A stretch of 64,000 bases of DNA from the human T2T-CHM13v2.0 reference genome, Homo sapiens, in assembly GCF_009914755.1 (NCBI RefSeq), contig NC_060925.1; one strand, 5' to 3'. The position numbers were made by a program, and so were the translations under genes. The notes under the pieces were generated by a model. That model saw nothing but the letters and a program-made list of their open reading frames with translations. It had not been told where the DNA came from and did not search any database. Of the stretch, positions 1-19,185 are shown one piece after another (within the stretch, counting starts at the first letter, position 1; the number at the start of each line of letters is the position of its first letter).

Positions 1-743
1 AATTAGGAGGTGTGTGGGAGTCACTGACCCATAGCAATTCTGAAATCCAGCAGGTGTTTTGAGGCAACACTTTGGATCTTTCTAAGATCTTAAAGGACTT
101 TAAAGTCACAACTTCAAAACACCTGGATATTTCTAAGGTCTTAAAGGACATTAAAGTCACATCTTCAGCTTGATCTGTAGATCAAGTTTTCCCATGAGGG
201 TCCTAGATTGGATCTTTTCTAGAACCCATTTCTTAATTTTAGTATCAATGATCATACGAAGAGGCTGGGAATTTTCAAGCCCTACAGTTCCCTGCTCTTT
301 TTTCTTTAATAGTATTTCATTTTGCTTATCTCTCTCCTTTTACATTTTATACATAAGTAGCAAGAAGAAACCAGGTAGCTTCTTCAACATTCTGATAAGA
401 AATCTCCTTAGCTAGATCACTTCATTCATAGGTTACATTTTTCTATTTTCCATCTTATTGCACATGACAGAGTTGCTAAACTTTCTGCCACCACAGAACA
501 AGGATCCCCTTTCCTCGTGTTTCCGTTAATATTTTTCTCACTTTCCTTTAAGCCCTCGAGCAAAGCCTTCTCAAAGGCTTCTACTTCTACTCAAACTTCT
601 ACTAACAGTCAACTCAAGGCTCTACATGCTTTCACTAATGTTTCAAAATCCTTCAAGCTTGTAGCCAGTTCCAAATTCAAAAGACAGTACTACATTTTTG
701 TTACAACAAAACAAAACCACTCTGATACCAAAATCTATATTGC

Positions 744-1101
<358 letters not shown>

Positions 1102-1996
1102 TAGTATTTTCAATACAATAAGGTTTTATTATACAGTTTCTGTGGGAAAGGAGTGACTTAGCTAGGTGGTTCTGCACCAGGGTCTGTCATGAAATTGCAG
1201 ACAATATGTTAGCCAGGGATGTAGTCATCAGAAGACCCTACTTGGTTTCTACTATGGCTTGCTCATATGATGGAAAAGTTCATGATAGTTTTTGGCTTAT
1301 AATTCCATTTCTGGTGGGAATAGCAGCTTAATGGCCATTCCACCTTTAGATGAGTCAAGATGGTGTTTTTCTAGGTCACATAGCAGTTTGAATTGCTTTT
1401 TGAACTAGCATATCAACAGCTTATCTTCCACATTTTAAATCACAACATTTGAGTAATTCATAGTTTCACTAAAACATGTAAAAACTCAGTAGTGATGATC
1501 AAAAGCTGAGGGTATCTCAGGCAAAAGGGGATAGCTGGTCATGTTCCACTAGATCCCTAAACCAAAGACACAGGGTCACTAACATAACATGGTAGGCACC
1601 ACCCTACTGTTTCTGACACTACCTTTAGTTCTACTACTGCAACTATTATTTATATTCTGAGAAAAATTTTTAAATAGATTACATAAAGTTAAAATTAAAT
1701 GATATCAAGAAAAGGCATCTAAAATGTAGGATACATGACTAGTAAACTAGAAAAGATAAGAAAAGCATACAGGCAAAGTAAAACAACACAAAGGCAGAAC
1801 AAAAATCCACCGTAGAAAGAAATAGTTTCTATCAAGAGAATAGAAATCTGAATCAGTGAAACAGAAGACAAACTACAAACATTCATGGAAAATTAAGGGA
1901 AAAAAGATAAAACATAAAACTTATAAAGGGAGAAAGGGCAGATAAGGAGGATAGGCTACAAATGTCTAATCAAAGATAATAAGGTGCTATGCTACC

Positions 1997-2482
1997 ATGG
2001 TGGATTACAGGAGGCCATAAATTCCTTATCATTCTTCCTATGAGGAAATGGACTCCATTTCCCCTCCTCTTGAATCTGAGCTGGTGAATCTTGTGACTTG
2101 TTGCACGAGTAAAATGTATTGGAACAATGATCTGCCACTTCTGCAACTAGTCTTTAGAAGAACTGGTGGCTTCCATTCTTAGAAGTTAGTAACATGCTCT
2201 AAAGTAATCCAGGATGACCTGCTAGAGAGAGGCAACATGGAGGCGAACTGAGGCACTCTGAGCCAACATTCAAGCACCAAGGACCCAAATACAGGAATAA
2301 ACCATTCTACCATCTTTTAGTTCAGTGCAGCTACCCTTCTAAGTGCACCCATAGGAATGACTCTAGGTGACATCTCCAAGAGAACCATGGACTCAAACCA
2401 CAGAATCATGAAAAAAAGATAAATTGTTGTTTTAAGGCAATAAACATTGGGGTAGTCCATTACACAGCATTGGTAACTGATG
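1997..2482 (+). mobile_element. MLT1-type MaLR LTR relic
   Basis: CCCCTCCTCTTGAATCTGAGCTGG near the start and the typical 3' end TTGTTGTTTTAAG...GGGGTAGT..TTACACAGCA. Confidence 0.65.
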
Positions 2483-2603
2483 TAGCTATAATGATCTACA
2501 ACAACACGACACTGCCAAAATATATGAATAATATCTGTAGTCTGTAGTATAAGATACTTGTATTTCAAGACCCTGCTAGAAAATAATATTTTAAACTGTT
2601 TGA

Positions 2604-2911
2604 GGCCAGGCGTGGTGGCTCACGCCTGTAATCCCAGCACTTTGGGAAACTGAGGTGGGCGAATCACTTGAGGTCAGGAGTTTGTGACCAGCCTGGCCAA
2701 CATGGTGAAACCCCATCTCTACTAAACATGCAAAAATTAGCCAGGCGTGGTGGCACATGCCTGTAGTCCCAGCTACTGAGGAGGCTGAGACAGGAGAATT
2801 GCTTAACCTAGAAGGCAGAGGTTGCAGTGAGCCAAGATCGTGCCACTGCACTCCAGATGGGTGATAGAGTGAGACTCTGTCTCAAATAAATAAATAAGCA
2901 AACAAACAAAC
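2604..2911 (+). mobile_element. AluSx/Sz
   Basis: GGCCAGGCGTGGTGGCTCACGCC... dimer with a (TAAA)/(CAAA) tail and TSD AAACTGTTTGA / AAACAGTCTGA. Confidence 0.92.
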
Positions 2912-3324
2912 AGTCTGAAAACCCAGCTTGTTTCAAAAACCTGGCTGAAAGTAATAGCTTTTTAATTTCTTAAACTATCTTCCATTATTTACTTACTTGA
3001 AAAAATATTCTGAATTCTATCCATGAATTAACTCAGGCATGGAAGATAAATGCTAAATTGTAATATTGCATCTTCAAATTTTATTGACATCTATTTTAAG
3101 ATGTTTAAAGAAGCTGTCTTAACAATCCCACTTAGGTAAGTATATTCTCATTCTTTGCTTCATTCATTCATTCAACAGTTTTTGAGGACTTACTATGCAC
3201 AAGGAAACTACGAAGTAGGATTGAGAGCAGATTAAAACTGGATCACTCCCCTAACTTTCTAGAAAGTCAACCCCTGCTTAGTCTGCACTTCCACAGCACT
3301 TTATACAAATCTCGATTTTGCAGA

Positions 3325-3480
3325 AATAATAACAGCAGCCAACATTTATGGAACACTTACTATGTACCTGGCAAAATTCTAAGTCATTATTACATAATTT
3401 AACTCAGTTAATCCTCACAATAACCTTCATGAGGTAGATAGGTACTATTACCCCCATTTTATCAATGAGGAAACTGACTC
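3325..3480 (-). mobile_element. MIR fragment
   Basis: Core ...TTAATCCTCACAATAACC...ATTACCCCCATTTTA...ATGAGGAAACTGA. Confidence 0.7.
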
Positions 3481-4940
3481 ATCTTGAAGTCTTTTTTCCC
3501 CACTAGACTCTAGACTCCATGAGGGCAAGTGTTTCTTCATCTCAGTATCTCACACATCCCAGTTTCTGGCACATATTTCGCTAGAAGTAAATAAAGAAAT
3601 TAGTTTGTCCAAAAACTAGATACAAACATGCTCATTTACAAGAACAATTTTTTACTCCTCAAAAGTATAAGGCAATAACACTTTTTTGGACTAAGAAAAA
3701 ATGGCTTGGTGTTGAATAAATATAGTATCTCTAACTGGTAAGAAAACTTAACATAAAGTTTACCCAACAATTGATGAAAACAATTAAGACTTAAATTTTT
3801 TAAACAAGTCTAATTTGATAATTTTATTCAGCAATATGTTATGCAGAAGTCCATAAAAATCACAATGACAGGCGCCAAGATGGCCAAATAGAAATCGCTG
3901 TGGCCAGAGGCTCCCACCAAGAACAAAAAAGGCCAGTGAATCCTGCACCAGCAACTTTGAGATATCCAGGTTCTCTCCATGGGACTGACTAGGCAGTTGG
4001 CGCGACCTATGGAGAGTGAGGAAAAGAAGGGTGATGCAATGGCCCACATGGGAGCCACAATGGAGAAAGGGGAGCTCCCACCCTCAGCCAAGGGAGGCAG
4101 TGAGTGACTGTGCTACCCTGCCCAGGAAACCATGTTTTTTCCACAGATCTGTGCAACCCGTGGGTCAGGTCAGGATATCACCCTCATGAGCCGATGCCAC
4201 CAGGGCCTTGCGTGCCAAGCGCAGAGCTGTGCAGATGTTTGGCGGTCACTCAACTGGAGAATGCCTAAGACTACCGAATTCCCAGGGAAAGGGGCCACCG
4301 TCATCACTGCGGCTGCCTGCTGTCCAAGACGACTAAGCTCCCCAGGGAAGGGAGAGCAGCCATCACTGCAGCTGCCTGCTGCCTAAGATGACTGAGCTCC
4401 GGAGGGGCAGCAGCCAGCACTGTAGCTCCAGTTGGCCGTTTTTTCCCTGCTGGTGCCAGGGAGACTGGACGGTTTGGACCCAGGAGAAATTCTCCACAGC
4501 AAGGACAGCGGCTGTGGCAGACTGTGGCCAGACTGCCTCTTCAGGCCAGATCCTGACCCATCCCTCCTCACTGGGCAGGGCCTCCCTGCAGGAATTTTAG
4601 CAACTCCAGCAGGGGTTTAGGAATGGAACTCTGCTCTCCCTGGGACTCAGCCCCTGCGGGGAGAGGCAGTAGCTGTCTCTGTGGATCAGCAGACTTAAGT
4701 CTTTCTCCCTGCTGGCTCTGAGGAATCCAGGTAGTCCAGAGGAGTGTGACAATCCCCAGCACAGTGCATCCCCTCCGCCAAGGGACAGCTGGACGATTTC
4801 ATTAAGCAGGTCCTGGATCTTGTGCCTCCTGACTGAGAGAGACCCCCCCAACAGGGGTCGCCAGACACCTTATATAGGAGCATTCCTGCTGGCATCAGGT
4901 CGGTGCCCCTCTGGGACAGAAATCACAGAGGAAGGAGTAG

Positions 4941-5363
<423 letters not shown>

Positions 5364-5478
5364 CTAACTGTTAAAAGAGAAACTAACAGAAAGCAACAAC
5401 AGCAGCATCAACAAAAAAGTCCCCACAAAAATTCCATCTAAAGGTCAGCAGCCTCAAAGATCGAAGCTGGATAAACCC

Positions 5479-6490
5479 ATGAAGATAAGAAAGAATCAAC
5501 GAAAAAAACATTGAGAACCCCAAAAGCCAGACTGCCTCTTCTCCTCCAAATGATCACAACATCTCCCCAGCAAGGGCACTCAACTAGACGAACGCTTAGA
5601 TGAACTGACAGAAGTAGGCTTCAGAAGGTGGGTAATAACAAACTTCACAGAGCTGAAGGAGCATGTTCAAACCCAATGCAAAGAAGCTATGAACCATGAT
5701 AAAACATCACAGGAGCTGTCAACCAGAATAACCAGTTTAGAGAGAAACATAATGACCCAATAGAACTGAAAAACACAACACGAGAACTTCACAATGGAAC
5801 CACAAGTATAAATAGCCAAAGAGACCAAGTGGAGGAAAGAATTTCAGAGCTTGAAGACTATCTTCCCAAGATTAGAGAAAAAGGAATGAAAAGGAACAAA
5901 GAAAACCTCTGAGAACTATGGGATTATGTAAGAAGACCAAATCTATGACTGATTAGGGTACCTGAAAGAGATGGGGAAAATGGAACCAAGTTGGAATATA
6001 TACTTCAGGATATCATCCAGGAGAACTTCCCCAACCTAGTAAGACAGACCAACATTCAAATCCAGGAAATCCAGAGAACCCCAGTAAGATACTCCATGAG
6101 AAGATCAACCCCAAGACACATAATCATCAGATTCTCCAAGGTCAAAACTCAAAGAAAAAAGGTTAAAAGCAGCCAGAGAGAAAGGCCAGGTCACCTACAA
6201 GGGAAGCCCATCAGACAAACAGCAGACTTCTCAGCAGAAACCCTACAAGCTAAAAGAGACTGGGGACCAATATACAACATTAAGAAAAAAATTTCCAACC
6301 CAGAATTTCATGTCCAGCCAAACTAAGCTTCATAGGCTTAGTTTGGAAAAATAAAATCCTTTTCACAAAAGCAAATGCTGAGAGAATTCACCACTATCAG
6401 GCCTGCTTTGCAAGAGCTCCTAAAGGGAGACTAAATATGAAAAGGAAAAACCATTACCAGCCACTGCAAAAATACACTGAAATACAAAGA
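5479..6490 (+). pseudogene. Disrupted L1 ORF1p
   Basis: ORF 5991-6326 contains LQDIIQENFPNL...QIQEIQRTP...TPRHIIIRFSKV. Multiple frameshifts and stops. Confidence 0.9.
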
Positions 6491-6547
6491 CCAATGACAC
6501 TATGAAGCAGCTACATCAACACGTCTGCAAAACCACCAGCTAACATC

Positions 6548-10380
<3,833 letters not shown>

Positions 10381-10994
10381 ACACTGTGGCCTGTCAGGGA
10401 TGAGGGGAGAAAGAGCATCAGGATAAATAGCTAATGCATGTTGGGCTTAATACCTAGATGATGGGTTGACAGGTGCAGCAAACCACCATGGCACACGTTT
10501 ACCTATGTAACAAACCTGCATGTCCTGCACATGAATCCCAGAACTTAAAAAAATCACAATGACAACTATTCAAATCTGCATCATAAAGTATTTTAAAAGG
10601 AGTCAGTGACAGAGGAATAAGAAAATAAGGGATAATAACCATTAAAATATGTGGCTTTAAGACAATCCAAGTAACTGTAACACCTAATACTTCAAACTAT
10701 GTAATTTGGATATTTTTGGCTGACCATTATTTGGGTTGGTAGAGGTGGAGTCATAAGCTGTAAAACCTGTGACTATCCGTTTCATTGCACACTGTAACTT
10801 AAAAACAACAATGAAAACCCTTATATAATTGACTTGTTACATTAAAAATTCACAATCCTCAGATTACCGGCTACAAACAGGAATTTGGATTCTACAAGGG
10901 GAATAAAACTAATTGAAATAATTTACCAAACGTACCCCATAATTCATTATCACTTCAGGATACCAAAACTATCTTTTTTTTAAGAAGGGAGCAT

Positions 10995-11297
<303 letters not shown>

Positions 11298-13587
11298 GGA
11301 GCATAAACCTAGTACTCCTAGGACCAGACAAAATGGCTACATTTCAGAATAATACCCGACAAGAGTAAATTTTAGAGAATGTTGGTATGTCAAATTTTCA
11401 ATCTGACCTCTAGAAAGGCTACTGTCTCTCCTGGGTATCTGATTGAGAACTGAAGTACAAACATTAGTTACATTTGCCAAAACTTTTTGTAGCAGACTGC
11501 TGGTTGTCTAACACAACATCAATTACCAAACCCCTTTACTCTTGCCATCTCCCGCTACAGAAATTGAAAGCCAAATATTCACCTTCTAACAGCTAGGAGT
11601 GGCACATAACCCAGTTCTGGAAAAGTAAGTCTGATAGCGAGCTTCGGAGAAAGCTTTTGCATTCCTAATATAAGGGACAGTGTGGCTGACACCAGCCATC
11701 TCCCATTTGACTGCCTTGAACAGAGATGTAATGCCCATTACTACAGCCATCTTGAAACCTTGAAGCAACAAGTATATGAAAAGCAAACAAGCTAACGGTG
11801 ATGAACCAGAGATAGCTTCAATCTCTGATGATTCTATCCTGATCTGCTAACTATAACCGCCCACCTATACCCTTAAGTGGAAAAAAAGAAAATGTCCTTT
11901 TTTGTTGTTACTGTTGGCTAGGTTTTCTGTTATTTTCAGCAGAATGCCAACCTTACTAAGCATGCAAAGACTATGATGTACAATTCCTTTAATTTAAAAA
12001 AGTTCTAGTAATTGTACAAACAAAAAGCAAACATTCTGATGCCAAGTAAGTGTGACAACAAATTAAACCCGGGACAAATTAAATTAAATGTTAGGAAGTC
12101 CTAAATAACTTCTCTTAACAATTTTTATATAAATTAATAAAATACATGCATTTCAGAAATTTTACAAAATACAAAATAATATAAGGAAGGAAAAAAACTC
12201 AATACCCAGAAATAACCACTTATTATATTTTGGTATATTTCCATCCAATTCATTTTTATACATATATCAACATATAAAACTATGCTTTTATCTTTATAAA
12301 CTGGAATCCTGTAGGATGTTTTATTAACTAATACAGGTAGAAAGTGATAACTCAGTAGTACATAAAAGCATGTAAGACTCAAAAATAAAAGTATCTCTTC
12401 CACCATTCCCATACACACAGGACCACATATACACAAGACCTCATTCTCCATTCCACTTCTCATAAACAGCCACTTTTAATATTTTTGGCATTGTGGATGT
12501 TTCTTGATTTATCACCTATTAACCACATCAAATGACTTCTTACTATAAAGATTGAGAAATTAAGATACCCTCTGCCCTTTCTTCCCAATTTTTGTTACTT
12601 TCATTTTCATTTTTAGCTTTTCTACTGGTTTGTATTCCACATTAAAAAAATACACTTAAGCCTCTATTTCTTGACCTAGGAATTTTAGATGGAAATGTCT
12701 TAGCTCCTAACTGTGTAAGATAAGGAAATTAGTATTCTTACACAGCAAGCATTTTTAATCATAAAGTTTAACCAAAGAATTAAAATATGACTATTTGGCC
12801 TTACCCAATCCTGAGTGAGAGGAAAAAAATGTATGTACGTACTTGTCGCTTTAGTACTATTTCATTTAAGAAAAAGTGTTGAAAAATATAGGAGCAGTAT
12901 CATAATGAAGACCAAATCTAGAAAGCAACTATTAGAACTTGGAAATCCTATAATGAATTTTTGTAATTACTACAGACAAACATGAATTTTTAAATTAAGA
13001 AAGATGAAGCCTGAGGAAGAGAGTACAACATGAAGGTCAGTTGACAGGAAAGGAATACTGATCAACTCCTCTTTTACACTGGTCTTCTCCAAAGAGAAAT
13101 ATCATAATGAAAACATTGATATTGATAGTTAGCAAGTAGCTTATCACTTTGAGTTCCGGTCAGCATCAGTGATTTTTGATCAATGTAAAAGCATCTGAAG
13201 AATGTTTTAAAAACAACAACAACAACAACAACAACAACAAAACTTAAAAGGGCAAGTATCCCGACTGTCTATATAGAAGTAAACAATGGGTGAGTTAAAT
13301 ACTAAATATTAGTAAAGTTGATGTCAAACTAGTAATATTCTACAGATTATTAAATAGTTATTTACTATTTAATATGTCCCATGCAGTCTGATAAGAGCTA
13401 ATCACACATTATGAGCTTGGATTCCTATACCCATATAAAGTAGGCACTTTTATCATCTCCATTTTACAGACCAGAAATTTAAGACAGATTAAGGATTGTG
13501 CCCACAGACACTAATAAATGGCAAAGCCAGGATTTGGAATTCAGTCCCATCCTCTTAACCATTACACTCAAATGACATATATAGGTA

Positions 13588-13993
13588 CAGCTGACCCTTA
13601 ATAACATGGGTTTAACTGAATGACTCCACTTGTACCTGGATTTGCTTCTTCTGCCTCAGCCACTCCTGAGATAGCAATACCAACCCTTTCTCTTCCTCCT
13701 CAGCCTACTTGACTTGAAGACATCAAGGATGAAGACCTTTATGATGATCCACTTCCCCTTGATGAAAAATAATACATTTTCTTAATAACATTTTTTCTCT
13801 TACTTCATTGTAAAAATACAGTACATTATATATAAAATGTGTGTTAATGGACTGTTTATGTTATCCGCGAGGCTTCCAGTCAACAGCAAGCTATTAGTAG
13901 TTAAGTTGTGAGGGAGTCAAAAGTGATTTGCGCATTTTTGACCGTGCAGGTGGTCTGTGCCCCTAACTCTAGTCTTGTTTCAAGCATCAGATG
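13588..13993 (+). mobile_element. Tigger2a/MER28-like DNA transposon
   Basis: TA-flanked; terminal CAGCTGACCCTT...TTCAAGCATCAGATG and internal GAAGACCTTTATGATGATCCACTTCC. Confidence 0.8.
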
Positions 13994-15069
13994 TACTTTG
14001 AAATTGTAGATGGACAAGAAGTAAGAATAGATTCACTAAGAGCAAGTTAAGTCAAACTAGTCACTTTTTTCGAGTTCCAGGTTCCCATGGCATGGATAAA
14101 TCTCCAAGACATAGTAAGTGATTACGGTATCATTTATGTAATGTGAGGCAAAACAGAAAGATGCAATGTTTACACAGAATAAAGTGTAAAAGTCTCATTT
14201 TCTTAATTATCCCCCTTCCTATCCCTGCCTAATCTCTTCAATCCGAATCTCTTGACAAGGGGATAATACTACCTATAATTTGGCATTTTCTTCTAGTTCT
14301 TAAGTACTTCTTAAAAATTTTAGCTTTATATTGGCATGACATACTTGGCAGTGGTTATTTCTGAGAAAGAATATGGAAGAAAGGAATCACACGATACCCT
14401 ATATATTTACTGCTTGGCTCTTTTAAAGGAGAATATATTACTTAGATAATACAAAATGTTTTCATCATAATGATGCTCAAAGGAAAAAGGTGAAGAGTTT
14501 GTAAGTATGACCTCAATGGTCTCCTTGAATGGGAAAAGTCTGACATATTAAACTACTTAACAACTAAAAAATTTTACAAGGCAAAAATATACCGTAACAT
14601 TAAAAGGTATATTCAAACTAGAAAAATATTCACAACAAAAAAGATTAATCAAATAAAGGTATTCTCAATACACAAAAAGCTCTTACCAATAAATAAGAAC
14701 ATAAAATTTATACATGTTTAAGGATAGGCCTCATATTTAAAACTTAACTAAGAACAAGAATAATAATTCATTTAAGCAACGTTAAACCTCAGTAACAAAG
14801 AAATGTAAAATAAAACAGCAATACAATGGCAAAAACTAGAAAGAGTAACACCCAGCAATGGCTACGGTATAAGAAAGTAGAACCCTTCACATATTAGTGC
14901 TAGGAATGTAAACTGGTAACATCTGGACAATAAACTGACTTTATAAATGATTTATATAATCAAAACATAATAAAAGTTCCCTTAAAGAGTAAAACTGAGA
15001 AAAAGTGGCTACAGCCTTTAATCGCACCGAAGGCCCCTACAGTGACAGACTATGAGAAGAGGCTAACAG

Positions 15070-15180
15070 TCTCACTGTGCTTTTTCCCTGCACCGATCAC
15101 ATCTGCAGTAACAGATTCACTTCTGGGCACTACGCTGTAAGAGAAACATTGACAAACTGAGCTATTTCCACAGTAAGATA
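15070..15180 (+). mobile_element. L3/CR1 LINE relic
   Basis: TTCTGGGCACTACGCTGTAAGAGAAACATTGACAAACTGAG resembles the CR1 RT 3' region. Confidence 0.5.
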
Positions 15181-15186
15181 CCAATA

Positions 15187-15535
15187 CAGTCAGCCCTCCA
15201 TATCTGTGGGTTTCCCATCTGTGGATTCAACCAACCACAGATCAAAAATATTCAGGAAAAAGAAATCATCTGTACTGAACACTTACAGACTTTTTTCTTG
15301 TCATTATTCCCTAAACAGGACAGTGTAACAACCACTTACATAGAATCTTTACATGGCATTTGCAGTGGATTAGGTATTGTAAGTAATTTAAAGATGATTT
15401 AAAGCATACAGGAGGGTGTGTGCAGGTTGTATGCAAATACTACACCATTTTATGTAAGGGATTTGAGCATCAGCAGATTTTGCTATCTCCAGGAAGTCCT
15501 GGAACCAACCCCCCGTGGATACTGGGGGACAACTG
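15187..15535. mobile_element. MER2 (TcMar-Tigger) element
   Basis: TA-flanked TIRs CAGTCAGCCCTCCATATCTGTGGG ... CCCCGTGGATACTGGGGGACAACTG. Confidence 0.8.
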
Positions 15536-17147
15536 TACCGTGTATGAGAGGGCTGCAAACCGTGTCTTATAATAATTATAAACATAATAAAGAATTGAGA
15601 GCACTTTGCTTAGAAAGAGGGATTTTAGGGAAGACAGGATAGCAATCTCGAAAAATCCGAAGGCCTATAAACTGGAAAACAGAACTTGTTTTATATTGCT
15701 CAGGAGGGCAAACAAAGACCACCAGTGCTCAGAGCTGTTAAATAATGAAACAGATACAGTGCAACTTTAGTTGCCCACAATATCTAAGATAAGTGATCCA
15801 TTAGAAACACAGTAGAAAAGATTCTTCTTATAGGCTTAGAAAGTTAGGTTTCATGAAATCAGAGGTACTTTACCGTTCTAAGAGTAAAGCAAAAATTACC
15901 CTTAAAATACGCATTAATCTTCCAAACCATAAAAACTACAATATTCCCAATCTTTTATTCTACTTACCTAATTTAGATACCTTATTTACTAGTCCATTCT
16001 GGGACAATCAGGGTACAACCCACTATCTTTGTCAGGAATAACCATTCAGTCAAATCTACCAACTCCTACCCTGTCAGTTCTGTTTTGCTACACAAAAATT
16101 TGACAGATATACAACATGGTTCTAGAATTCCAGTGCTGCCCTTACCGAAACTCTCTCCTGAACATTAGGCTGCTTTCATAACTGTGATCTAGTCTGTGTT
16201 TCCTACCTTGCCTCAGCTGTCCCAGTTCTAGTTCCTTGCCCTAATATCTGTGACATACTGTTATCTGAACTTCTAGAATCATTATTTTCTTCCCCATTTT
16301 TGTATCACATACTGATTAAGAGACTACCGTGCTCAAAATAATGGTGAACTGTATTTCAGAAGGAAAATTACAAACTGTACAAAATATAAAGTTGTATTAG
16401 ACACAGTGCTGTCAAGGAGGTTACAATGGAAAGGAGAAATAACAGATCTATGTAATAACAAGGCAATAGAAAGTCATAAGGAGGTCAAGACAGGAAATTG
16501 TTGCAATATTATACAGACAAAAGAAATCATTCTAATTTTGTAAGACCATGATCTGGGTAAATAATTTGGCTTTGAAGGACACAGGAGATTTTTCACTTAA
16601 AAAGACAGAGGGGAAAAAACATGCCAAGCCGAAAAACTAGCATAACCAAAAACACAGAAAATTAGTGGTAGGTGCAGGGCTATCACACATCAAAAGGTAA
16701 TGTGATTGATTATAAAATGCGAACACAAACTAAAGAAAGTTTCTCTATGTCAAAGGGTATAGAAACTATGGAAACAGTTACTCAAAGAGAGAAAACACAA
16801 GTTCAAGAGGTACAGCTTCTCTGCATTCTCCACTGGGAAGTAGAGCAGTGAATAATATTACTCACACAGTGTGAGGATTCCACAAGGCGGAAGATACTCC
16901 CCCTTTTCCATACTCAGAGGATTTTAAATCTTTCCACCCAAAACTTCTGAGCCCCTCCCCCCCAACAAGATACAAAATATTTTTTGAAGAAATTCAATCT
17001 ATTCCTAAACGTCAAGAAAGAAACAAAATCTGAAGTATCTAAGATCAGCAAAAAAGAAATCTCAGGTACTAATCCTGGCTCTATACCTAACTTGAAATAT
17101 GGCCTCAGTTTTGAAATCTGTCAGATGAATGGATATAAGACTAGAGA

Positions 17148-17296
17148 GGCCACCAACAGTGGCTCCTGCCTGTAATCCCAACATTTTGGGAGGCCGAGGC
17201 ATGAGGACTCCTGAAGGCCAGGAGTTGGAGATCAGCCTGAGCAACATAAAAAGACTCATCCCTAAAACTAAAAAAAAAAAAAAAAAAAAAAAAAAA
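17148..17296 (+). mobile_element. FLAM / Alu left monomer with long poly-A
   Basis: Monomer plus A-tail, TSD AAGACTAGA. Confidence 0.8.
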
Positions 17297-18068
17297 GACT
17301 AGATAACTTTTAAAGTCACTTCTAGGTTGAAATTCTACATATGAGCTTAAGAAAAAGCTATCTTTCTAGATAAGTGATTCAAACTCGGTTTAAACTATTA
17401 GTTTCATACACCTCATAACTTGTAGTACTCATAATTTCTGATAAATTTTTATAAACTGTACTCCTACTTCTCACAAACTTCTTCTCCTCATAATTTAAGA
17501 ATTAAATTGGAATACAGCAGTATGTGAATCATGAAGCTTAAATAAATTTGTGTATCTATACATTAAAACACATACCTAGCAAAATTTCACTTCCAGTAGT
17601 AGTATAGTAACTTGTATCAGACTAACCCTTCTATATATAAAATTATAAACTCTGTATAAAATATAAAGAATGACAATTTGAAGGCAGTAGAAAAGCTGCA
17701 AAAGCAGGCAGAAATTGAAGGAAACTGACTGTAAAGAAGGGAGCTACAAATGAGATTCGCACTGATGTGGCTTTTTACTCAAGGCGCTCTCCCATTCCTT
17801 GAAACTAGAGTGGAATGGCTAGAACTCAGAAAGTCTTACTAGTTTGAAGAGACAGAGTTCAGAGCTGCCAAAATAGCTGGAAAGTGAGAGGGAGATCTCA
17901 GTACAGCACGTTACTGTACTGAATACTGTAGGCAATTGAAACATGTTAAGTATTAGTGTATCTAAACATATCTAAACATAGAAAAGGTACAGTAAAAATA
18001 TGGTATTATAATCTTATGGGACCACCATCATTAGCAATCTGTTATGGACCAAAACATCATTATATGGC

Positions 18069-18734
18069 TGTATTTGTCCATTTTCATACTGCTATAAAGA
18101 ACTGCCTGAGGCCGGGCGCAGTGGCTCACACCTGTAAATCCAGCACTTTGGGAGGCTGAGATGGCTGGATCACCTGAGGTCAGGAGTTCGAGACCAGCCT
18201 GGCCAACATGGTGAAACCCCGTCGCTTAATGAAAATACAAAAATTAGCCAGGCACAGTGGCACACACCTATAGTCCCAGAGGCTGAGGCAGGAGAATTGT
18301 TTGTACCTGAAAGGCAAAGGTGGCAGTGAGCCAAGATCACACCACTGCACTTCAGCCTGGGTGATAGAGCAAGACTCCATATCAAAAAACAAACAAACAA
18401 AAAAAACCTGCCAGAGACTGGGTAATTAACAAAGGAAAGAAGTTTAATTGACTCATAGTTCAGCATGGCTAGGGAGGCTTCAGGAAACTTACAATCATGG
18501 CATAAGGTGAGGGGGAAGAAGGCACCTTCTTCACAGGGCGGCAGGAAGGCCGAGTTAAAGGGGAAGAACCCCTTATAAAACCATCAGATCTCATGAGAAC
18601 TCGATAACACGAGAACAGCATGGGGGAAACTGCCCCCGTGATTCAATTACCTCCGCCTGGTCTCTCCCTTGACACGTAGGGATTACAATTTTTAAGATGA
18701 GATTTGGGTAGGGACACGAAGCCTAACCATATCA
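18069..18734 (-). mobile_element. THE1 (D-like) solo LTR carrying an Alu
   Basis: TGTATT...CCATATCA termini and a 5-bp TSD ATGGC at 18064-18068 and 18735-18739. Confidence 0.85.
18110..18406 (+). mobile_element. AluS inside the THE1 LTR
   Basis: GGCCGGGCGCAGTGGCTCAC... dimer with a small internal deletion. Confidence 0.9.
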
Positions 18735-18896
18735 ATGGCACATGACTATATAAGGAAACAGCAAGTCAAAATAACAACAGGTGACTTTTCATCAGAAACC
18801 ATGGCAGCCAGAAGAAAATGAAATGACATATTTAAAATGATAAAAAAAACACAATTATCAAATTAGAATCCTATATACAATTTAAAAAATCCTTCA

Positions 18897-19056
<160 letters not shown>

Positions 19057-19185
19057 ACATATACGATTTTTAAAACTGTATATAGGATTCTAATTTGATA
19101 GTTTGGATTCTAATTTGAGCCACTGTGGCTGGGCTCATCTTCATTTTGAAGGATTTTTTAAATTGTACAGGATTCTAATTTGATA

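Larger units (their letters stand above)
17900..18750. mobile_element. Tigger3/MER7-like element interrupted by a THE1 LTR
   Basis: TACTGTACTGAATACTGTAGGCAATTG...AAAGGTACAGTAAAAATATGGTATTATAATCTTATGGGACCACC; the terminal GCACATGACT resumes after the LTR. Confidence 0.7.
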
